This document shows, one piece after another, positions 1 to 7,725 of a DNA stretch of 32,000 nt. The DNA is from Acidothermus cellulolyticus 11B (lineage in GTDB: Bacteria > Actinomycetota > Actinomycetes > Acidothermales > Acidothermaceae), in contig NC_008578.1 in assembly GCF_000015025.1 (NCBI RefSeq), positions 2,340,001 to 2,372,000 on the forward strand, in the 5' to 3' direction. A program made the translations under genes and the position numbers. Under the pieces are notes generated by a model, which searched no databases, had not been told where the DNA came from, and worked only from the letters and a program-made list of their open reading frames with translations. The first letter of the stretch is position 1. The number at the start of each line of letters is the position of its first letter.

Positions 1-535
1 TCCACCCAGGGCGTGGATACCGGGCGAACAATTCGAGGTACGGCCCGGGTGAGCAGGCTTCGATGATGTCGTACTGTTCGTCCGGCTTCCTGCTGTGTTC
101 CCGTTTCCGGGTCTCAATGAGATTCACCTGCGACCGTCCGGGCGCGAGTGTGCGCATTCTGCCGCGGACGCCGAAAAGGATCGGTTCGGTGACGTTGCGG
201 AAATAAAATCCGACGCCGCGGCCGTCAGGGCCGCCGTCCTTCCGCCGCTTCACCCACACGATCATGGAAACGTACCGGAACCCCCACGCCGCCATCACCT
301 GAAGACCGTCGGGGATCAGCGCGTTGGGACACCACAGGTACAAGTGAGCCGCATCGGCGACAACCTCGCCGACCGGCAGCGCCGAAATTTCGGCAACCGT
401 CATGGTCTCGTAGCGGCCAAGGCGTCGGTGCTCCGGCGCGACCTTGCCTGTTCGGTTGACAAACCGCCATGGCGGATCGGCCAACACGGTCCGGAAACCA
501 CCCGGAACCGTCGGAAGTGCAACGCTCATGGTCAT
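1..535 (-). CDS. MT-A70 family N6-adenine methyltransferase; the C-terminal end runs off the left window edge
   Basis: Absent from the supplied track because it has no stop in the window. My minus-strand translation from the ATG at 535 reads MTMSVALPTVPGGFRTVLADPPWRFVNRTGKVAPEHRRLGRYETMTVAEISALPVGEVVADAAHLYLWCPNALIPDGLQVMAAWGFRYVSMIVWVKRRKDGGPDGRGVGFYFRNVTEPILFGVRGRMRTLAPGRSQVNLIETRKREHSRKPDEQYDIIEACSPGPYLELFARYPRPGW. The frame is open for 178 codons. It has the DPPW catalytic motif, and the LYLW and EHSRKPDE motifs typical of MT-A70 enzymes. Confidence 0.7.
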   Translation of the reverse strand, partial: MTMSVALPTVPGGFRTVLADPPWRFVNRTGKVAPEHRRLGRYETMTVAEISALPVGEVVADAAHLYLWCPNALIPDGLQVMAAWGFRYVSMIVWVKRRKDGGPDGRGVGFYFRNVTEPILFGVRGRMRTLAPGRSQVNLIETRKREHSRKPDEQYDIIEACSPGPYLELFARYPRPGW

Positions 536-576
536 CTACGCTATCCCGCCGCACACCAGCGACCGCGTTGCCACAC

Positions 577-681
577 GTGTTGACGCTTCTCGGCGCCGGC
601 CCATGCATGTTGACACCCCTGCGCACCGGCCCATGCGTGTTGACGCTTCTCGGCACCGGCCAATAAGTTGGGACTGTCAAC
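577..681. repeat. Three tandem 30-bp units, each with a GTTGAC core, followed by an inverted GTCAAC; lies in the methyltransferase/xylA divergent intergenic region
   Basis: Units are 577-606 gtgttgacgcttctcggcgccggcccatgc, 607-636 atgttgacacccctgcgcaccggcccatgc and 637-666 gtgttgacgcttctcggcaccggccaataa. These are followed by gttgggactgtcaac (668-681). GTTGAC hexamers sit at 579, 609 and 639, an exact 30-bp phase, and GTCAAC sits at 676-681. Confidence 0.85.
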
Positions 682-703
682 AAAATCCGGACCGGAGGCG
701 GGA

Positions 704-1927
704 ATGTCACTCACCACTGCATCGTCGAAAACTATCGAAGTTGCCACGCCGTCGAAGGAAGACCGTTTCAGCTTTGGTCTGTGGACCGTCGGCTGGCAGG
801 CGCGTGATCCCTTCGGTGAAGCGACACGTCCGCCGCTGGATCCGGTGGAGGCTGTTCACAAGCTCGCCGAATTAGGCGCCTACGGGGTCACCTTCCATGA
901 CGACGACCTCGTTCCGTTCGGCAGCAGCGATGCGGAGCGCGCTCGGCTTATCGACCGTTTCAAGAAGGCGCTTGCCGACACCGGCCTGGTCGTCCCGATG
1001 ATGACGACGAATCTCTTCACCCATCCGATCTTCAAGGATGGTGCGTTCACCGCCAATGACCGGTCCATTCGGCGGTATGCGATCCGTAAGGTGATGCGCA
1101 ATCTGGATCTGGCGGCCGAACTCGGCGCCCGTACGTACGTTTTCTGGGGTGGCCGCGAGGGAAGCGAAATCGACGCCGCAAAGGACATTCGTGCTGCGCT
1201 TGACCGGTACCGCGAGGCGATTGACACCCTCGCGCAATACGTCAAAGACCAAGGCTACGGCATCCGGTTCGCCCTCGAACCGAAACCCAATGAGCCGCGG
1301 GGTGATATTTTCCTCCCGACGATCGGGCATGCGCTCGCGTTCATCAACTCCCTGGAGCATTCGGACATCGTCGGGCTGAATCCTGAAGTCGGTCACGAGC
1401 AGATGTCCAATTTGAATTTCGTGCACGGGATCGCACAGGCCCTCTGGCACGGGAAACTCTTCCACATCGACCTCAACGGCCAGCACGGGCCGAAGTACGA
1501 CCAGGACTTGGTCTTCGGTCACGGTGACCTGCTCAGCGCGTTCTTCCTCGTCGACCTGCTGGAGAACGGCTTTCCCGGCGGCGGCCCGGTGTACGACGGT
1601 CCGCGGCACTTCGACTACAAGCCGATGCGCACGGAGGACATCGACGGCGTCTGGGCGTCCGCCGCGGCGAACATGCGCACGTACCTCCTCCTCAAGCAGC
1701 GGGCAAAGGCGTTTCGAGCGGATCCGGAGGTGCAGGCCGCACTCACCGCAAGTCGTGTTCCCGAGTTGGCCGTCCCCACCCTCGGCGAGGGCGAGTCGTA
1801 CGCCGACCTGCTGGCCGACCGGTCCGCGTGGGAGGAATTCGACGTCGATCGAGCCGCCAACCAAGGCTACGGGTACGCCCGTCTCGATCAGCTCGCCATC
1901 GAGCACCTCCTCGGCGCACGCGGCTGA
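704..1927 (+). CDS. xylA: Xylose isomerase (class I, actinomycete type)
   Basis: The translation matches Streptomyces-type XylA along its whole length: [65 protein letters not shown] and C-terminal [15 protein letters not shown] chose the ATG at 704, which follows GGAGGCGGG, over the upstream in-frame start at 668. Confidence 0.95.
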   Translation: MSLTTASSKTIEVATPSKEDRFSFGLWTVGWQARDPFGEATRPPLDPVEAVHKLAELGAYGVTFHDDDLVPFGSSDAERARLIDRFKKALADTGLVVPMMTTNLFTHPIFKDGAFTANDRSIRRYAIRKVMRNLDLAAELGARTYVFWGGREGSEIDAAKDIRAALDRYREAIDTLAQYVKDQGYGIRFALEPKPNEPRGDIFLPTIGHALAFINSLEHSDIVGLNPEVGHEQMSNLNFVHGIAQALWHGKLFHIDLNGQHGPKYDQDLVFGHGDLLSAFFLVDLLENGFPGGGPVYDGPRHFDYKPMRTEDIDGVWASAAANMRTYLLLKQRAKAFRADPEVQAALTASRVPELAVPTLGEGESYADLLADRSAWEEFDVDRAANQGYGYARLDQLAIEHLLGARG

Positions 1928-1960
1928 CCCGCGACGACCCGGCTACGAAACGGACACCCG

Positions 1961-3400
1961 ATGACGCGAACGCTCGTCGCCGGCGTCGATTCGTCGACCC
2001 AAGCCTGCAAAGTGGTGATCCGCGACGCCGTCACCGGAGAACTCGTCCGGCAAGGCCGGGCGCCGCACCCGCCCGGCACCGAGGTTCACCCCGACGAGTG
2101 GTGGACGGCCCTGCAGGCCGCAGTCGAGGACGCCGGCGGGTGGGACGACGTCTCTGCCATTTCCGTCGCCGCGCAGCAGCACGGCATGGTCTGCCTGGAT
2201 GCAACGGGAACCGTGGTTCGGCCGGCCCTGCTGTGGAATGACACCCGCTCGGCGCCGGACGCCGACGATCTGGTCCGGGAGCTAGGGAACGGCGACCCGG
2301 AAGCGGGCGCCAAGGCGTGGGCCGACGCAATCGGCACGGTTCCCGTCGCCTCGTTCACGGTCACGAAGTTGCGCTGGCTCGCTCGCTGCGAGCCGGCGCA
2401 CGCGGCACGGACCGCTGCCGTCTGCTTGCCCCACGATTGGCTCACCTGGCGGTTGCGCGCGTCCGAGGACTCGACGACGCCGGATCTGACGGCGCTGACA
2501 ACCGACCGCTCAGACGCCAGCGGCACGGGCTACTGGGCAGCCGCAACCGGCTACCGGCAGGACCTCCTGGAGCGGGCCTTTGGACGTCGTCCTCTGCTGC
2601 CGCTCGTCCTGGAACCCGCGGAGCGCAGCGGACTTGCCCGCGGCGGTCAGGTCCTGGGGCCTGGTGCCGGCGACAACGCGGCAGCCGCGCTCGGTGTGGA
2701 CGCCGGTCCCGGTGACGTGATCGTGTCAATCGGCACCTCGGGAACCGTCTTCGCCGTGAGCGAGACCCCGACCGCCGATCCCACCGGCGCAGTGGCCGGA
2801 TTCGCCGATGCGACCGGCCGTTTTCTGCCGCTCGTCTGCACCCTGAACGCCGCCCGTGTCCTTGATGTGACGGCGAGAATCCTGGGGACCGACGGCGATG
2901 GGCTTGCCGAGCTTGCCCTCTCCGCGCCGGCGGGCGCTGACGGCTTGGTTGTCATTCCGTATCTGGAAGGAGAACGAACGCCGAACCGCCCGAATGCGAC
3001 CGGCGCCGTCCACGGCTGGACGCTGGCCAATTCGACGCCGGCGCATCTGGCCCGTGCGGCCATTGAAGGCGTGCTCTGCGGCCTCGCGGACGGCCTCGAC
3101 GCGCTCGTCGCGCACGGCGTCGCGGTGCAGCGGGTGGTGCTCATTGGCGGCGGGGCACGGAATGCGGCCGTCCGGCAGATCGCGCCGGCCGTCTTCGGAG
3201 TGCCGGTGATCGTCCCCGAACCGGGTGAATACGTCGCCGACGGCGCCGCCCGGCAGGCGGCGTGGACTCTCCTCGGTGAGGCGGAACCTCCGCAGTGGAA
3301 GGCCACGCGGACCGATCGCTACGAAGCATCCCCTACACCGTGGGTGCGGGAGCGGTACGCGGAGCTGCGCGACCTGGTGGCGCAGCGACTCCCGCACTGA
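1961..3400 (+). CDS. xylB: Xylulokinase (FGGY carbohydrate kinase family)
   Basis: 479 aa, starting 34 bp downstream of xylA. It has the FGGY N-terminal [12 protein letters not shown], plus WNDTRS and [11 protein letters not shown] motifs, and a C-terminal GGGARN. Confidence 0.9.
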   Translation: MTRTLVAGVDSSTQACKVVIRDAVTGELVRQGRAPHPPGTEVHPDEWWTALQAAVEDAGGWDDVSAISVAAQQHGMVCLDATGTVVRPALLWNDTRSAPDADDLVRELGNGDPEAGAKAWADAIGTVPVASFTVTKLRWLARCEPAHAARTAAVCLPHDWLTWRLRASEDSTTPDLTALTTDRSDASGTGYWAAATGYRQDLLERAFGRRPLLPLVLEPAERSGLARGGQVLGPGAGDNAAAALGVDAGPGDVIVSIGTSGTVFAVSETPTADPTGAVAGFADATGRFLPLVCTLNAARVLDVTARILGTDGDGLAELALSAPAGADGLVVIPYLEGERTPNRPNATGAVHGWTLANSTPAHLARAAIEGVLCGLADGLDALVAHGVAVQRVVLIGGGARNAAVRQIAPAVFGVPVIVPEPGEYVADGAARQAAWTLLGEAEPPQWKATRTDRYEASPTPWVRERYAELRDLVAQRLPH

Positions 3401-3442
3401 CGACGCACCGGTCAGTCGCCTGGCCGCGCAGTCGAGCGGCTG

Positions 3443-3937
3443 TTACGACCGCTGCGCAGGACGGCCGGGTTCGTGCTGCGGCTCAGCGTGCTCGATCGGG
3501 ACGTCTGTCATGAGGGCGGTCGCCAACGCCGTAATGACGAACAACAGAAACGTCACGACGTGCACCGCCGTGCACCAGAGGCAAATCTTGCCGATAATGA
3601 CGAATTCCGCATACAGCAGGTAAAACACAAAGAGAATTCCAGCGACGCAATATCCGACGCGGCCGTACCGGACACGGGGATCGGACGACCGCCATGCGGC
3701 GGGGAGCTGCCAGGGCACCATGCCGAGGAAATACGCCAGACCGAGCACAGCCACCGGAATGCCGAACACCCGCGACTGCGGGCTTGTCGTCACCTGCTCG
3801 CAGTTGATGACGCCTTTGCTCGAGCAAATGAGCTGCACGGACTGGTCGTAGTGCACGACGGTGAGGTACGCCGCCAGACCGACGCCGATGATGGTGAGAA
3901 GGAGCCCGATCGGCGCGGCCCAGCGCGGTGTGCGCAT
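3443..3937 (-). CDS. Vitamin K epoxide reductase (VKOR) family membrane protein, a DsbB-like oxidant
   Basis: 164 aa with several hydrophobic helices. A loop Cys pair (ICSSKGVINC) and a CLWC active-site motif in a transmembrane helix are typical of bacterial VKOR. The start lies 9 nt after the upstream gene's stop. Confidence 0.8.
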   Translation of the reverse strand: MRTPRWAAPIGLLLTIIGVGLAAYLTVVHYDQSVQLICSSKGVINCEQVTTSPQSRVFGIPVAVLGLAYFLGMVPWQLPAAWRSSDPRVRYGRVGYCVAGILFVFYLLYAEFVIIGKICLWCTAVHVVTFLLFVITALATALMTDVPIEHAEPQHEPGRPAQRS

Positions 3938-3945
3938 CGCAGGCG

Positions 3946-4857
3946 CTACTTCCCGCCGTTCAACGCCGCTTCGGCCGCCTTGACGGACGGTGCGCTGCAG
4001 ACATTTGTCGGCTGACCGCCGGTCGCCTCGCAGATTATCGCGGTGTAGATGTCAGCGGCGGCAAGAATCGCCTTGCCTTGCTTGGAGGACGGATCCTCAA
4101 GCGCCTTGGCAACCTGGTCCACCGTCATTCCGCTCAGCAACGTCGGTTGAAGGGCATCGCCTTTCTGCGCCCATTTGCCGGCAAAATCGATGAACGGGTA
4201 GGCCAGCCCGCCTACTGACTGGAAGAGGGAATTTTCGGCGCTGGTGAGCTGCTCCAGCGGGCGCCCCAGCCCGTCCTCTTCTTCCTTGCCGACAAAGACC
4301 AGGTACGGGCTGGAGTAGCTGGACTGGTAAAAGGAGAGGGTCGGAATGTGGGCCGGTGAGTCGCTGTTCGACGAGTACGTCGTCTTCAGATTGCTGAACT
4401 GGCCGAACCGGCTGAGCGCAATGGCCAGGGGCCACCGGGTGTTGCCGCAGTGCGGGCAGTATTCCGCGCCAACGTAGAGGACTTCCGGCTTTCCCCCGGA
4501 GGTGAGCGGTTGACCGTCGAGCTTGGCCGGCGGACCGGCGATCGTCGAGAAATCCGGCGTTGTCGAGGTGCGCTGCGCCGCAGCCTGAAGCGCGTTGAGG
4601 ACGGACGGGGCAGCGGGTGTCACGGGATTCGCCTTCGCGCCGTGTGACGACTTGGTCACCACGCCGACGATGATGACCGCTGCCACGACGGCAAGCACGG
4701 CGAGCACGGAGCCGCCGACGACCATGATGTTCCGGCGCCGCTCCTTCCGGGCCTGGGCGGCGCGCTGCGCGGCGATCCGTTCGGTGGCCGCACGCTTGGC
4801 GGCGTACTTGGCGGAGACCCGCTCCGACGAGTGAACGCTTCGATCGTCGCCGCTCAC
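3946..4857 (-). CDS. Membrane-anchored DUF929 thioredoxin-fold protein with a CPHC motif (DsbA-like partner of VKOR)
   Basis: GAEYCPHCGNTRWPLAIALSRFGQFSNL matches my recollection of the DUF929 signature. The N-terminus is basic and cytoplasmic, followed by one transmembrane helix (VVGGSVLAVLAVVAAVIIVGVV). I chose the GTG at 4857, preceded by GGAGGAGG, over the track's 4980 start. Confidence 0.65.
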   Translation of the reverse strand: MSGDDRSVHSSERVSAKYAAKRAATERIAAQRAAQARKERRRNIMVVGGSVLAVLAVVAAVIIVGVVTKSSHGAKANPVTPAAPSVLNALQAAAQRTSTTPDFSTIAGPPAKLDGQPLTSGGKPEVLYVGAEYCPHCGNTRWPLAIALSRFGQFSNLKTTYSSNSDSPAHIPTLSFYQSSYSSPYLVFVGKEEEDGLGRPLEQLTSAENSLFQSVGGLAYPFIDFAGKWAQKGDALQPTLLSGMTVDQVAKALEDPSSKQGKAILAAADIYTAIICEATGGQPTNVCSAPSVKAAEAALNGGK

Positions 4858-5000
4858 GTGCGTCCTCCTCCGCCGATCGGCACGAACCCTGCCGCGCCAC
4901 TGAGCATACGACGCCGCCACAGTAGCGGTTCGATCTGAGAGCGTGCATAACGAGGGCCCCTGGTCATCCCAGGGGCCCAAGGACCGAAACGGGAGCGCGG

Positions 5001-5210
5001 CTACTGCCCGGAGCGCTGGAGTGGAACTCCCCCGAGGAGCGCCCGGACCTCGGTCTCCCGGTAGCGGCGGTGGCCGCCGAGGGTGCGGATGGAGGTCAGC
5101 TTGCCCGCCTTCGCCCAGCGGGTGACGGTCTTCGGATCGACCCGGAACATCGTCGCGACCTCCGCCGGCGTGAGCAGCGACTCCGCCTCAGGTGTGCGTG
5201 CGTGTACCAC
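5001..5210 (-). CDS. bldC: BldC, a small MerR/excisionase-like developmental DNA-binding protein
   Basis: The 69-aa protein MVHARTPEAESLLTPAEVATMFRVDPKTVTRWAKAGKLTSIRTLGGHRRYRETEVRALLGG is near-identical to Streptomyces BldC as I recall it. Confidence 0.9.
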   Translation of the reverse strand: MVHARTPEAESLLTPAEVATMFRVDPKTVTRWAKAGKLTSIRTLGGHRRYRETEVRALLGGVPLQRSGQ

Positions 5211-5323
5211 GGAACTTCCTCCAATCAGAGCCGACGCGCTGCCGACTCCTCCTCCTTGAGCCGACGGAGCGTCGGCCCCCCACTACGGGATGGCGTAACC
5301 CAACCCGTAGATGAATAGTGCCT

Positions 5324-5361
5324 GATGACCCGGATGTCCGAAATGGTCCAGGCGGGTCATC
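5324..5361. promoter_or_regulatory. Inverted repeat 114-151 nt upstream of the bldC start; candidate operator or 5'-UTR stem-loop
   Basis: GATGACCCG (5324-5332) pairs perfectly with CGGGTCATC (5353-5361), giving a 9-bp stem and a 20-nt loop. A perfect 10-bp palindrome GTACTAGTAC at 5375-5384 lies in the same locally AT-richer tract. Confidence 0.35.
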
Positions 5362-5941
5362 TTGGAATCTTGATGTACTAGTACCCGATACGCCATTCAG
5401 CGGAAAGCTCTGACCGGATTGCACGAAAGAACCCATCTGGTCGAGCGTCGCACGACACGAAATTCCTTATACGGAAAGGAGTTCTGTCTCGTCAGTACCT
5501 GCGGGACGGAACACGGCGCCGCGTCGCACGATCCTGCTGAGTCGCGTGCCGATACCGAACTGCGCTGACCGCGCACACGGCAATTTGCGACATAACTGCG
5601 TCACTTGGCAATGTTTTTGACAGCGTCCCTCGGCCCGTGCGGCGCCCATACCAGCAGCGATATGACGGAATGTGACACCACAATTACCGGGTGCAAAGAA
5701 TTCACGGCCGGGCGCATGCGGTTTATCCCATAACGCACGCGTGTCAACCGAAGCCGCTGACGACTCCACCGTCCGAGGACGAAGAACGCACGATCGACAC
5801 GTACCAAACGAGCGTGTCGAGGCAGCGGCGCGTCACCGCGCGGAGGTGACGACGCATACCACGCGACCAGCGTGACCAACAGGCGCGCGCCCACCAGGTG
5901 ATCACAATCGGCGGAAAGCGCGACGGGAAGTGATCAGCCCG

Positions 5942-6066
5942 GGCGGGTTCCGGACGGGCGCCGACATCGCAGGCGACCTCCACGGCGGGTTCCGGACGAG
6001 CGCCGCCATTGCGGCAAATCCCCGACCGACCAGACCCCGGGCCGACCAGACCCCGGGCCGACCAAG
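5942..6066. repeat. Direct repeats in the bldC/DUF3073 spacer
   Basis: ggcgggttccggacgggcgccg (5942-5963) recurs as ggcgggttccggacgagcgccg (5984-6005). The 16-bp unit ccgaccagaccccggg is tandem at 6026-6041 and 6042-6057, with a partial third copy at 6058-6066. Confidence 0.8.
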
Positions 6067-6287
6067 TGAACAGCCGGACCGTGAGCACGTCAGAACGCCG
6101 TCCACCTGCTCCAAGCAAGGCACAGTCGACCGACCGCGCACGACCATGTCAGCGCGGGGTCCCACACCTCCACTGCGCCGCAGACCGCCGTCCTTCTGCC
6201 TCAACCGACGTGAGCAGGTACCCTAAGAAGCACAACCAACGTCGTCCGACGGGGAGCAGCGAGCTCCAAAACGAGGGGGTCGAGCCG

Positions 6288-6533
6288 ATGGGGCGCGGCC
6301 GAGCCAAGGCCAAGCAGGCGAAAGTCGCTCGCCAGCTCAAGTACTCAACGGGTCGTACGGACCTTGAGGCATTGCGTCGCGAACTGCTCGGCAACAAAGC
6401 GCGTCAGGATTCCGACGCCGCTGATGAGTACGACGGCTACGACTACGGCGACTACGACGAAGACGACGCCGAGTACGGCGACCCGCTGCTGGACGATGAT
6501 TTCTCGAGTGGCGCCGATCAGCGCCGCCGTTGA
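6288..6533 (+). CDS. DUF3073 family protein (actinobacteria-restricted, function unknown)
   Basis: The 81-aa protein starts MGRGRAKAKQAKVARQLKYSTGRTDLEALRRELLG and ends in a strongly acidic Tyr/Asp tail (DEYDGYDYGDYDEDDAEYGDPLLDDDF). A GAGGGGG ribosome-binding site precedes the ATG at 6288. The track ORF starting at 6009 is an upstream extension. Confidence 0.8.
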   Translation: MGRGRAKAKQAKVARQLKYSTGRTDLEALRRELLGNKARQDSDAADEYDGYDYGDYDEDDAEYGDPLLDDDFSSGADQRRR

Positions 6534-6672
6534 TCCTCACTTTGGCTCTCCAGCTGAACTGGACGCCGGTCAGGCACGTGCGCGTCTCGGCAGCGCATGC
6601 CTGGCACCAGGCAGGGCGCCTCGTCGCGGCACCATCGAGCGATAGCCGCCAAGCAGCTAGACGCCAAACAGG

Positions 6673-7725
6673 TCAGCGATAGACGCCGACCAAGTGGGCC
6701 GCCGCGTCGTCCGCCCGGGGCTGCACGTGACCGGCGACCCAGGCGCGGATGCCGGTCGCGTTGAGCAGCTCGACGGCACGATCGGCGTCCGGTGACGCGA
6801 CGATCGCAACCATGCCGATGCCCATGTTCAATGCCCGCTCCAACTCCGCTTGCGGCACACGGCCGAGCTCGCCGACCAGGCGGAAGATCGACGGCGGCTG
6901 CCAGGTGGATCGATCGATCACGGCCGTGTACTCCTCGGGGATGACGCGAGCGACGTTCCCCGCCAGTCCACCGCCGGTGATATGGGCGAAGGCGTGAACG
7001 TCGACGGCTTCCCGAAGCCTCAGGCAGTGCGGTGCGTAGATCGTCGTCGGCGTGAGCAGCTCGTCGCCGAGGCTCCTGCCGAGCTCGGGGACGTACCGAT
7101 CGAGTCGCCAGCCCGCCAACGTGAAGAAGATGTGCCGAACGAGCGAGTACCCATTGGCGTGCAGCCCGGAGGATGCCATCGCAACAACGGCGTCACCGGC
7201 GGTGACGCGATGCGGGCCAAGGAGCGCATCTTCCTCGACGACGCCGGTGGCTGCTCCGGCGAGATCATACTCATCGGGCTCGAGCAGCCCGGGATGCTCG
7301 GCGGTCTCGCCGCCGATCAGCGCGCAACCGGCGATCCGGCAACCCTCGGCAATCCCCGCGACGATGGTCGCAATCCGCTCGGGAACGATCTTTCCGCAGG
7401 CAATGTAGTCCGTCAGAAAGAGCGGTTCACCGCCGCAGACGACGATGTCGTCAACCACCATCGCGACGAGATCGAGGCCTATCGTGTCGTGCCGGTCGAG
7501 CATCCGTGCGATGGCGACCTTGGTTCCGACGCCGTCGGTCGACGTCGCGAGCACTGGGCGCCGATAGCGCGTCAGGTCGAGCCGGAACAAGCCTGCGAAA
7601 CCGCCCAGCCCACCGAGCACTTCGGGACGGGACGATCGAGCCACCGCCGTCCGCATAAGTTCGACGGCCCGCTCACCAGCGTCGATGTCGACGCCGGCCG
7701 TCGCATACGAGACCGGGCCGGTCAC
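6673..7725 (-). CDS. purM: Phosphoribosylformylglycinamidine cyclo-ligase (AIR synthetase)
   Basis: 350 aa with YATAGVDIDAG, GGLGGFAGLF, STDGVGTK and DDIVVCGGEPLFLTDY motifs. The 4-nt overlap with purF indicates coupling. Confidence 0.95.
   Translation of the reverse strand: MTGPVSYATAGVDIDAGERAVELMRTAVARSSRPEVLGGLGGFAGLFRLDLTRYRRPVLATSTDGVGTKVAIARMLDRHDTIGLDLVAMVVDDIVVCGGEPLFLTDYIACGKIVPERIATIVAGIAEGCRIAGCALIGGETAEHPGLLEPDEYDLAGAATGVVEEDALLGPHRVTAGDAVVAMASSGLHANGYSLVRHIFFTLAGWRLDRYVPELGRSLGDELLTPTTIYAPHCLRLREAVDVHAFAHITGGGLAGNVARVIPEEYTAVIDRSTWQPPSIFRLVGELGRVPQAELERALNMGIGMVAIVASPDADRAVELLNATGIRAWVAGHVQPRADDAAAHLVGVYR

Noticed and set aside
577-681. Possible CRISPR array, considered because of the regular 30-bp periodicity.
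   Set aside because: There are only three contiguous units with no unique spacers between them, no cas genes in the window, and the units abut directly. This is a tandem repeat, not a repeat-spacer array. The same reasoning applies to 20004-20120.
95-875. Track ORFs 95-583(+), 225-710(-), 444-875(+), 469-666(+) and 541-747(-).
   Set aside because: They overlap the motif-bearing MT-A70 frame or simply translate the 30-bp tandem repeats (repeated [20 protein letters not shown] peptides). They have no ribosome-binding site and no domain signature.
3400-3460. Possible terminator hairpin between xylB and the VKOR gene (gcgcag...gcgg/ccgc...ctgcgc).
   Set aside because: The stem is interrupted by a 4-nt bulge and overlaps the VKOR stop codon. 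It is too imperfect to report as a feature.
5467-6226. Small ORFs in the bldC/DUF3073 spacer (5467-5769, 5601-5894, 5744-6118, 5902-6204, 5930-6226).
   Set aside because: They overlap one another on both strands, have low-complexity Arg/Pro/Gly-rich sequences, lack ribosome-binding sites, and partly just translate the direct repeats.
5211-6287. Looked by eye for tRNA, tmRNA, SRP RNA, RNase P and 6C-type RNA signatures. I also checked the other long spacers at 13107-13551, 18144-18606, 19966-20276 and 31514-31727.
   Set aside because: I found no T-loop GGTTCGAAT-type boxes, no GAAAGTCCGG (RNase P) core, no SRP GGAAGCAGCC core and no paired C-rich loops. This does not exclude novel sRNAs, which need covariance-model or RNA-seq evidence.
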